Source: an uncultured Bordetella sp. (GTDB taxonomy: Bacteria > Pseudomonadota > Alphaproteobacteria > Micropepsales > Micropepsaceae). Taken from it: 64,000 nucleotides of DNA. The stretch is from contig CAZBRO010000015.1 in assembly GCA_964494505.1 (NCBI GenBank), forward strand, positions 27,876-91,875, in the 5' to 3' direction. The notes under the pieces are model-generated. The model saw only the letters and a list, made by a program, of their open reading frames with translations, did no database searches and was not told the DNA's origin. The position numbers and the translations under genes are program-made. Numbering within the stretch: the first letter of the stretch is position 1; the number at the start of each line of letters is the position of its first letter. This document shows positions 20,148 through 28,211 of this stretch, piece by piece.

Positions 20148-21356
20148 GTGCGCGATTCCGCCTTACGCATTATCATAACCGGATATGTCGGAGCGTTTCC
20201 GGTCGGCGGCGTCGCCTGGGATTATCTTCAATATGCGATCGGCCTGAAGCGATTGGGGCATGATGTGCTCTATCACGAGGATTCGCGGCTGTGGCCATAC
20301 CACCCGCTGGAGAACCAGCGCGTCGGAACAGCAGACTATTCTGTCGCTTACATCGATCAATTCTTTCAGGCATTCGCACCGGAACTCGCCGGCAGATGGC
20401 ACTATCGTCATCGCGGCGCCACTTCGTTCGGAATCTCCGAAGCCGAGTTTCGGCGATTTGCCCAATCCGCCGACCTATTCCTGAATGTGAGCGGTTCGAG
20501 CCGCATTCCAACGGATTTACGGCCTGGTTGCATAAAGGCGTATTTGGATACTGACCCTGGATACAACCAGATTTTGATTGCGGAGCCGCCGTCCTGGTAC
20601 GAAGACGCCGCGCGTGAGGCGGAACTATTCGGGGCGTATGATCGTCATCTGACCTATGCCGAAAATGTCGGGAAGAAGGACTGTCTAGTCCCCCAGCTTG
20701 GCGTGGACTGGATTACAACGCGGATACCGATTGTTCGCTCGTTTTGGAGCGGCTGTCCGCGCCCGCCCGCGGATGCGGCATGGTCGACCATCATGACCTG
20801 GAATGCTTTCCGTGGCCCGCTCATTTATCAGGGCCGCGAATACGGCAGCAAGAATATCGAGTTCGCCAGGATCGCAAGCTTGCCCCAAAAGACATCCGTT
20901 ACTCTTGAACTTGCTGTAGGCGGAGGCGCGCCGGAACACGAGCTCATTAGGCATGGGTGGCGCGTCGTCAACGGTCCCGCCGTGACCGCAACACCGGGCA
21001 CGTATCGGGATTTTATCGCGCGATCGCGCGGAGAGATTTCGACGGCGAAAAATATCTACGTTGCGATGAGAACGGGTTGGTTCAGTTGCCGTAGCGCGTG
21101 CTACCTCGCCGCTGGCCGGCCTGCGATCGTGCAAGACACCGGATTTTCAAAATATATCCCGACCGGTGAAGGCCTCATTGCCTTCGACACTGTGGAGCAA
21201 GCGCATTCCGCGATCGACGTGGTGGAGAACGACTATCCCAAACATGCGGCTGCCGCGAAAGACATCGCCGCAGCATACTTTGATTCCGAGATCGTTCTCT
21301 CCCACATGCTCAGCGAAATCTTCAAAGGCGGCCGATCGATGGGCGGCATGAATTAA
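20148..21356 (+). CDS. conserved hypothetical protein, possible GT-B-fold glycosyltransferase
   Basis: 402-aa ORF with GTG start. The N-terminus RIIITGYVGAFPVGGVAWDYLQYAIGLKRLGHDVLY looks like the first Rossmann unit of a GT-B/CgeB-like enzyme. The function is not established. Confidence 0.6.
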   Translation: MRDSALRIIITGYVGAFPVGGVAWDYLQYAIGLKRLGHDVLYHEDSRLWPYHPLENQRVGTADYSVAYIDQFFQAFAPELAGRWHYRHRGATSFGISEAEFRRFAQSADLFLNVSGSSRIPTDLRPGCIKAYLDTDPGYNQILIAEPPSWYEDAAREAELFGAYDRHLTYAENVGKKDCLVPQLGVDWITTRIPIVRSFWSGCPRPPADAAWSTIMTWNAFRGPLIYQGREYGSKNIEFARIASLPQKTSVTLELAVGGGAPEHELIRHGWRVVNGPAVTATPGTYRDFIARSRGEISTAKNIYVAMRTGWFSCRSACYLAAGRPAIVQDTGFSKYIPTGEGLIAFDTVEQAHSAIDVVENDYPKHAAAAKDIAAAYFDSEIVLSHMLSEIFKGGRSMGGMN

Positions 21357-21616
21357 TAACGCCCTGAAGAGATGCGGTTCGTCGCGCCGCGCAGACAGTT
21401 CCGGCCATCGTGGCCCCTGTTTCCTGCGGGAGGTTTCTTTCGAACCTGTAATGTTCTCCCCTGAGGGGCCTCCCTCGCACGCCGCGATTGCACGGATTGT
21501 GTTCGCGCGGCAAAATCAGTAATGACGCGTAAAATCTAGGCGCGAGACCTAGGGACTCGCCAACAACGGCGGGGATGGACTTGGTTTGGCGACGCGAGCG
21601 GTCCAGGGAGGATGAC

Positions 21617-22399
21617 ATGAGAGCCACTGCGCGGCTTACGAAACGACGCCTCGTTCCGGCGATTGCCGCCGGTCTCACCTGCGCGGCGCTCGCGGCTGTG
21701 GCCGCAACCGCCCCGAGCGGCGACATTGCGGGCATATGGTGGGCGAATTCGTACAGCCCTTCCATCAAGGCATACCTCGTCGGCGGTGGTGACGTTCCGT
21801 TGAACGACGCCGGCAAGATGAAGTACGCCGAGAACCAAGCCGGGCTGAAGGACGGTTCCATGGTCGATCGGGCGCGGCGCTATTGTACGCCGGATGGCAT
21901 CCCCCGTTCCCTCTCGACGCCGTACCCGTTCCAGATCATCGACGCGCCACCGGGCCAGATGAGCTGGGTCTATGAGCAGAACCGTATGATCCGCGGCATT
22001 TCCATGGTGAAGCCGATCGACAGTCTGGAGAAGCTGTCGGTCCTGCCCTTCTGGAACGGCCACTCCGCCGGGCGCTGGGAGGGCGATACGCTCGTCGTAC
22101 AGTCGGCGGGCTTCAATGAGAGCACGTTCGTCGATGCAACCGGCTTGCCGCACAGCGATCAATTGCAGACCACGGAACGGGTGCGCAAGATCAATGGCGG
22201 CAAGCAGCTCGAGGATGTCATTACCGTCCACGATCCCTTTTATTATTCGCGCGATTGGCAAGCCCGCTATGTCTATGACAATCATGATGGGATGCGGATG
22301 ATGGAATACATCTGCGGCGAGCCCCACCGCGATATTTCCGGGATCAAAGGGGTGAATGAGGCCCGTGCCGCAAACGCGTCCCGCGCCCAGGGACGTTAA
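21617..22399 (+). CDS. secreted protein, divergent member (P1) of the PDF-tail family; lacks the IPDF head and PDF tail
   Basis: Start at ATG 21617 (GGGAGGA RBS) gives the signal peptide MRATARLTKRRLVPAIAAGLTCAALAAVAA. It shares the family core: RYCTPDGIPRS, GHSAGRWEGDTLVVQSAGF, GLPHSDQLQTTERV, EYICGE. Confidence 0.75.
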   Translation: MRATARLTKRRLVPAIAAGLTCAALAAVAATAPSGDIAGIWWANSYSPSIKAYLVGGGDVPLNDAGKMKYAENQAGLKDGSMVDRARRYCTPDGIPRSLSTPYPFQIIDAPPGQMSWVYEQNRMIRGISMVKPIDSLEKLSVLPFWNGHSAGRWEGDTLVVQSAGFNESTFVDATGLPHSDQLQTTERVRKINGGKQLEDVITVHDPFYYSRDWQARYVYDNHDGMRMMEYICGEPHRDISGIKGVNEARAANASRAQGR

Positions 22400-22416
22400 C
22401 AAACAAAGGCTGTGCT

Positions 22417-23295
22417 ATGGCAGGTTCCCGTTCTTCGATCGCGGCTCTCGCAGCAGGTGCGTTGGGCACGTGCGTTATTGCAGGCCTTGCATTGGCTGCC
22501 GACCTCCCGGCGCCGCATTTTCCATCCGGCATTCCGGACTTCTCGTCCAACAACATGGGTTGGGCATCCGATGGGATCGAGTTCCTTCCGGTGCCGGGTG
22601 AAAAATATGTGCCGATCACCAGCGATCCCCAGCACCCCTATTGCGGCAACCGGATCCTGGCAAAATGCAATTTCCAGAATCTGCCGCCCATCGGTGACAC
22701 CGGCAATCCGATCCTGCAACCATGGGCCGCAGCCGCGATGAGAAAGACGAATGCCGAGATTCTGGGCGGCAAAACTGTCTTCGAGGCGATGGGCCGGTGC
22801 TGGCCGGGCGGCATTCCGGGGATGATGCTGTTCACGGCGGAGCCGGCATATTTTCTGCAGACGCCCAAGGAGGTCACGATCCTGTATTCCCGCGGGCCAA
22901 ACATTCGGCATGTCTACATGAATGCGGAACACAGCCGGAATCCGGCGCCCACTTGGCTCGGCGAATCTGTCGGCCATTACGAGGGCGATGAGCTCGTTAT
23001 CGATACCATCGGGCTGAGCGACAAGACCTTCGTGGATTTCTACCATACGCCGCACACCGGCAAGCTGCACGTGGTCGAACGCTACAAATTGCTCGACGGA
23101 GGCAAGCGCATGCAGGGTTTCGTGACGATCGAGGATCCCGGCACGTTCACGACGAAATGGTCGGCGCTGCATTATTATATCCGGCACGACACTGCGATTG
23201 CGGATTCGGAGTCGATCTGCGCCGAGAATAACGACGCGAACTATTTCCACCAGGACGAGGCGCCAATTCCGCAGACAAAGACGCCCGACTTCTGA
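22417..23295 (+). CDS. secreted PDF-tail family protein P2
   Basis: Signal peptide, then SGIPDFSSNNMGW. Core: GRCWPGGIPGM, TWLGESVGHYEGDELVIDTIGL, YHTPHTGKLHVVERY, SICAEN. The last residues are APIPQTKTPDF followed by the stop. Confidence 0.85.
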   Translation: MAGSRSSIAALAAGALGTCVIAGLALAADLPAPHFPSGIPDFSSNNMGWASDGIEFLPVPGEKYVPITSDPQHPYCGNRILAKCNFQNLPPIGDTGNPILQPWAAAAMRKTNAEILGGKTVFEAMGRCWPGGIPGMMLFTAEPAYFLQTPKEVTILYSRGPNIRHVYMNAEHSRNPAPTWLGESVGHYEGDELVIDTIGLSDKTFVDFYHTPHTGKLHVVERYKLLDGGKRMQGFVTIEDPGTFTTKWSALHYYIRHDTAIADSESICAENNDANYFHQDEAPIPQTKTPDF

Positions 23296-23435
23296 TCTCC
23301 CGTATCGAGAGGTGATGTCATGCTCAAATCCGGTTAGTCGGACAGTTTGCTTCACGGAAGAAAGCCGTCCTCGGCATTGCCGGTCTTTGCTGCATTGCCG
23401 GAACGGCATTCGCTGCCGGAGCACAAGCTCCCGGT

Positions 23436-24200
23436 TTGCCTCCCGGGGTTCCGGACTTCTCTTCTGGCAATATGGGCTGGGCGGCGGCAAGTTTCGATTT
23501 GCTTCCGCCGGTTGACGGCGGGCCGGGCCCGGTAAAGAACGACCCGAGATTTCCGTTCTGCCGAAACGGCCAAGGCTGCACCGTGATGCCCCGCATGGCC
23601 GACCCGCACAGCCCGATATTGCTGCCTTGGGCGCAGGCTGTCGTGAACAGGTGGAACGACGACATTCAGAAGGGTAAGCAAGCCTTTGCCGCACAATCGC
23701 GCTGCTGGCCGGGCGGCGTTCCGAACATGCTGACCTACACGGCAGAACCGACCTATTTCCTGCAAACGCCGAACGAGGTCACGATACTGTACGAGCGCGG
23801 GCCCAATATCCGCCACGTCTATATGAACGTGCCGCACAGTCAAAATCTCATGCCAAGCTGGCTGGGTGAATCCGTGGGCCATTACGAAGGCGACACGCTC
23901 GTCATCGACACCATCGGCCTGAACGACAGGACCTTCGTCGACAATTACCGCACCCCGCACACGACTGAGCTTCACGTGGTCGAGCGCTACACCATCGCCA
24001 ACGATCGCAAGTCGATGATGGCAACCCTTACAGTGGAAGATCCCGGCACCTTTACGGGCAAATGGGGAGCGTCACAGCGATTCATTCTGCACAATCAGCC
24101 AATTTCGGAAGCCGAGAATGTTTGTGTGGAGAACAACGACGCGAATTACTTCCACGAAGACGAGACACCGATTCCACAGACGAAAACGCCCGATTTTTGA
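23436..24200 (+). CDS. PDF-tail family protein P3; its signal-peptide coding region is out of frame with the only plausible ATG
   Basis: The track ORF starts at TTG 23436 inside the sequence. The same frame stays open back to 23316 and encodes a signal peptide (SRKKAVLGIAGLCCIAGTAFAAGAQA) but contains no start codon. ATG 23320, which has a GAGAGG RBS, is in another frame. The protein ends ...TPIPQTKTPDF. Confidence 0.7.
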   Translation: MPPGVPDFSSGNMGWAAASFDLLPPVDGGPGPVKNDPRFPFCRNGQGCTVMPRMADPHSPILLPWAQAVVNRWNDDIQKGKQAFAAQSRCWPGGVPNMLTYTAEPTYFLQTPNEVTILYERGPNIRHVYMNVPHSQNLMPSWLGESVGHYEGDTLVIDTIGLNDRTFVDNYRTPHTTELHVVERYTIANDRKSMMATLTVEDPGTFTGKWGASQRFILHNQPISEAENVCVENNDANYFHEDETPIPQTKTPDF

Positions 24201-24231
24201 TAAGGGCGGCCCCGATAAGCACCGCTCAGGG

Positions 24232-24603
24232 TCATCTGCCTCCCCTCGAGCAGATCAAATCGGCGTTCGAAAGAGGGCCTCCCAACCGTCCGGTCGAAGG
24301 ACCATTGAAATAGCATTGGTCATTGGTCTTCAGCGCCTCCTTTGTGCGGCAGCGCGCATAGTCTGATGATCCGGCAGGGTAACCCGCCTTTACGCATGCT
24401 TGGTCGCCTGGCGAACAATCGCCCAACCCACGTCGCTGGCGCTCCGCATCAACGCTTGGGCTTTGAGCATATGGTTTGCACAGCGCGGCGATGGCCACCC
24501 CTCTGAGTTCCGTCGGAGCAAAGTCCGAATTCTCGCCGCCGGCCGTCGAACTGCAGCCAGCCAGCAACAGAAATGCGAGCAATATTCGCACAGCGCACTC
24601 CAA
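24232..24603 (-). CDS. small Cys-rich lipoprotein (hypothetical)
   Basis: N-terminal lipobox LLLAGC. 123 aa with 7 Cys. I recognised no family. Confidence 0.5.
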   Translation of the reverse strand: MECAVRILLAFLLLAGCSSTAGGENSDFAPTELRGVAIAALCKPYAQSPSVDAERQRRGLGDCSPGDQACVKAGYPAGSSDYARCRTKEALKTNDQCYFNGPSTGRLGGPLSNADLICSRGGR

Positions 24604-24986
24604 CGCTTTCCTGCAATTTAACAGACGAACAGGATCAGGACCTTTGAAATCGGCCGTGCACTGGCCCGCCGAAGTATGCGGAAGTGAAGCGCGGCGACGC
24701 GCCGGAACGCTTTAAAACGGCAGAGCAAGTACTCGATCTGGAAGGGCTGTGTGCATCGCTTCTTTCCGATAAAGCTTGCGCTCACAATCCGTACGCTTCC
24801 GTACATGTCCGGCTTTTAATGCAACGGACGTGCATATGCGGCTCGTAGGGTCCACACTCCCACGATTGAAGTTGTGCCGATGCGGACGCGTATGCGGCTC
24901 GCGGGGGAGAAATCGGCCTTAATGAAAACTGGGAGTGCAAAGACCAACTCAAAATCCAGAATTTCGCAAATGAGCGGGAGGGGAAA

Positions 24987-27926
24987 ATGTCACCGTCAAA
25001 AAGAGGGCGTTGGTATTTAGGCGTATCGGCATTGGGGTTTCTGAGCGGCCATGCGGCCTACGCTCAGAATGCCCCTGCACCTGAAATGGCTCCAGAGCAA
25101 GTACTTATCACCGGTTCACTACTTGGCGCCGCGAATTTTGAGGCGCCAACACCGGTGACCCAAGTGGGCGCCGTCCAAGTGGAAACGCGGGCGCTGACTG
25201 GTGTCGGTACTTTGATTGAGGAGCTACCCTTCGCTCAAACCGGTGGAGGGCTTACCCGCAACACCAATGGCATCGTGGCGGCCGCCCAGAGCCTTCCCAA
25301 TCTGCGGGGCCTTACGGCAAACAATACCTTGGTGCTCATCGACGGCCAGCGTCCCACGCCGATAAACCCGACCAACAATTTCGATACCGATATGATTCCT
25401 TCGAGCCTTTTGGATCGGTTCGAGGTGGTCACGACCGGTGCATCGGCGAGTTATGGTTCGGACGCCGTTGCCGGCGTGGTCAATTTCATCCTGAAGGACC
25501 ACCTGGAAGGCTTTACCGGCAGCGTGCAATACGGAACCTCCCAGCGCGGCGATGAGAATCAGACCGTCGACAGCGCCGCGTTCGGTACGGCCTTTGCCGG
25601 CGGCAAAGGCCATTTCATCATCGGTGGCGAATTCGCAAAGCAATTCAGAACAGTCAACATGTACGCCCGGGATTGGGGAAGAAACGAACCCGGTCTCGTC
25701 GCATTGCCTGCGACGAGGGCTGCCGGTTTACCTGCCAATCTGCTGACCAACCATGCCGAGATCGATAACGGCACCCAGGGCGGCTTGATTACCGGTTGTG
25801 CGCCGTCCACCGCAGTATGCCCGTTCGGTTCCCAATCTTTGCAGAATCAAGTCTCGTTCGATCAGAACGGCCAGCCGTACAACTTCCCCTATGGATCGCT
25901 CGTGGGCGGATCATACATGGTCGGCACCGGAAATTACGGCGTCAGCAGCCTCAACCGGCAGCTCTCTCCACCCTACCAGCGTACCGCGAGTCTGGCGCGG
26001 ATCGAATACGACATAACCCCGGATATCAACGCTTACGCCTCGATCAATTATGGCCAATTGGAAAGCAACGACCCGTCTCAAGGATCGCCGTTTCCCATTC
26101 CGCTGAAAATCCTGTCGGGTAATCCGTATATCCCCGCCTCGATTCAAGCAGTAATGACCGCGAACAAGATAACGTCGATTACCCTCGCCAAGGAAAATCT
26201 CGACGGCTTGGGGACGGGAAACACTGCCAATAACAAGAATACGCTGCTGCAATCCTTCTTTGGGGTCAAAGGCAGCATATTCGGCGACTGGAATTGGGAT
26301 GTTCAGGGCAGCGACGGGCGGGCAGTCGTCTGGCAGGCCTTCTCTAACGTTCCGCTTGTGGCGAATCTGGATTCCGCAGCCTATGTGGTGAAGGATGCAA
26401 ACGGGACGCCGGTTTGCGGGCCGGCGGCAACCAACCCCATACCCTTAGGGAACCCCGCCTTGACCACAGCGCAAATCGCAGCGCAGGCGAGCCCCGGTTG
26501 CCAGCCCTACAATCCATTTGGCGTTCCATCGGCTGCCTCCGTCAACTACATCAACAATGACCCGAACCCCGGCGGGGTCGATGGCTCGAAAGCGAATATC
26601 CGCCAATACATGTTCAACGCCGATCTCAGGGGCTCGCCGTTGATGCTGCCGGCCGGGCCGCTCGATGTCGCCGTCGGCGCGAACTACCGGCACAACAGCT
26701 ACGCCCAACTTGGCAGCCCGCCAGCAGAATTGGGACTTTATCAAACCCGCAATCCGCCGACATTCTTCATCGATCAGTCGGTGTGGGAGACCTTTGGCGA
26801 AGTCGGCATTCCGGTGGTCAAGGATCTGCCCTTTGCGCAATCGGTCGATCTAAATGCCGCAGCCCGCTATACCGATTACAGCATCACCGGCGGCACGACG
26901 ACGTGGAAATTCGGAGGAACCTGGGACATCAACGACGTGGTGCGTTTACGCGCCACCCGGTCGCAGGACATTCGCGCCCCGAACTTCACCGAGCTGTCGA
27001 CGTTTCCGACCTCGTCGGCCACCAACGTACAAAATCCAATCAGCGGCATTTCTCAACGCGTCAGCAACATAATAACCACCGGCAACCCGGATCTGAGCCC
27101 GGAAGTCTCCCAGAACGTGACCGGAGGCATCGTGTTTCAGCCGAATGCCGATTTTCTCTCAGGCTTTCTCTCTGGCTTCCGGGCCTCGGCCGATTATTAT
27201 CGCATCAGGATTTCGGGCCAGATCGCGGCGGTCAGCGCGCCGGACGTTATTAACCGGTGCCTGTTGCTGAAGCTGCAGAACTTCTGCAATCAGATCACGT
27301 TCACAGGAGGTGTCGTTGGCACTCCCGGTCCCGATATAACCACCGGTTTTGGCATCACCGCCCTCCATCTGGAGTCGGTGAATTTGAATTCCGAAGTCCA
27401 AGACGGGTGGGACTTCAATCTCAGTGAGCACTTCGTACTCGAGCAGCTGGGCGTGCCCGGTTCCTTCGACCTTTCGGCGCTAGGCTCTTACATCAATCAG
27501 CAAAGAACCTTTCAGTCGCAAAGCGATGGCACGGTCATAAACATCAACGCCGCCGACACAACGACCGCGCCACGCTGGTCGTGGAACGTTAATTTCACTT
27601 ATAACCTCGAGCGCCTGACGGCGAACCTGCAAATGCGTTACTATTCACCCATCAAATACGCTACCACGAACATCGGGCCCGATGACCGCAATTATAGCCC
27701 AAGCAACCCCCTCAGCATCAATCAAAATATCTGGCCGGCAGCAGTGACCTTCAATCTCCATCTGGCCTACGACGTCATCCAGGAACCCGACGGCCGGGAT
27801 TTGCAGGTCTACCTCAACGTCGACAATCTGCTCGACAAGAACCCGCCGATCATCTGGTGGTATGTCAGCAACTACGATGTCGTTGGTCGCTACTTCAAGC
27901 TGGGGGTACGCTACTCTATGCCGTAG
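24987..27926 (+). CDS. TonB-dependent receptor (TBDR1)
   Basis: GGGAGGGG RBS and a signal peptide. Plug motifs: EQVLITGSLL, LDRFEVVTTGASASYGSDAVAGVVNFILKD. A long beta-barrel follows with a Tyr/Asn/Gly-rich alternating pattern. The C-terminus is ...GVRYSMP, so it is not the usual terminal aromatic residue. Confidence 0.9.
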   Translation: MSPSKRGRWYLGVSALGFLSGHAAYAQNAPAPEMAPEQVLITGSLLGAANFEAPTPVTQVGAVQVETRALTGVGTLIEELPFAQTGGGLTRNTNGIVAAAQSLPNLRGLTANNTLVLIDGQRPTPINPTNNFDTDMIPSSLLDRFEVVTTGASASYGSDAVAGVVNFILKDHLEGFTGSVQYGTSQRGDENQTVDSAAFGTAFAGGKGHFIIGGEFAKQFRTVNMYARDWGRNEPGLVALPATRAAGLPANLLTNHAEIDNGTQGGLITGCAPSTAVCPFGSQSLQNQVSFDQNGQPYNFPYGSLVGGSYMVGTGNYGVSSLNRQLSPPYQRTASLARIEYDITPDINAYASINYGQLESNDPSQGSPFPIPLKILSGNPYIPASIQAVMTANKITSITLAKENLDGLGTGNTANNKNTLLQSFFGVKGSIFGDWNWDVQGSDGRAVVWQAFSNVPLVANLDSAAYVVKDANGTPVCGPAATNPIPLGNPALTTAQIAAQASPGCQPYNPFGVPSAASVNYINNDPNPGGVDGSKANIRQYMFNADLRGSPLMLPAGPLDVAVGANYRHNSYAQLGSPPAELGLYQTRNPPTFFIDQSVWETFGEVGIPVVKDLPFAQSVDLNAAARYTDYSITGGTTTWKFGGTWDINDVVRLRATRSQDIRAPNFTELSTFPTSSATNVQNPISGISQRVSNIITTGNPDLSPEVSQNVTGGIVFQPNADFLSGFLSGFRASADYYRIRISGQIAAVSAPDVINRCLLLKLQNFCNQITFTGGVVGTPGPDITTGFGITALHLESVNLNSEVQDGWDFNLSEHFVLEQLGVPGSFDLSALGSYINQQRTFQSQSDGTVININAADTTTAPRWSWNVNFTYNLERLTANLQMRYYSPIKYATTNIGPDDRNYSPSNPLSINQNIWPAAVTFNLHLAYDVIQEPDGRDLQVYLNVDNLLDKNPPIIWWYVSNYDVVGRYFKLGVRYSMP

Positions 27927-28211
27927 CAGAACCGCTGAAAGGCCGCGCTCAGTCTGCTCCGCGAAAAGAACCGCCCCTGTTCCGCTCTGCCAAGACTGCC
28001 CCCCAGGGCGCATCGGGATTGTCATCGGCAGCGGGCGGGTGATTGAAAGCATCCGCACGCGCCAACCTCGCATCGCGCGGGCCTAGGCATTTATGCGATC
28101 ACGAACCCGGCGGAGGCTGCGTCGCAAAGTGGCACTGTGGGGCGCCATTGACGCGCGTCTCAGCCCTTGAATACCGTTGGCCTCGGGCAGGAGGAAAGCA
28201 AGGTCGGTCGC

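Noticed and set aside
24604-24986. Possible cobalamin or other riboswitch in the long leader of TBDR1
   Set aside because: I could not find a B12-box-like GCCACTG core or any other riboswitch signature I recognise. Only the direct repeats reported above are present.
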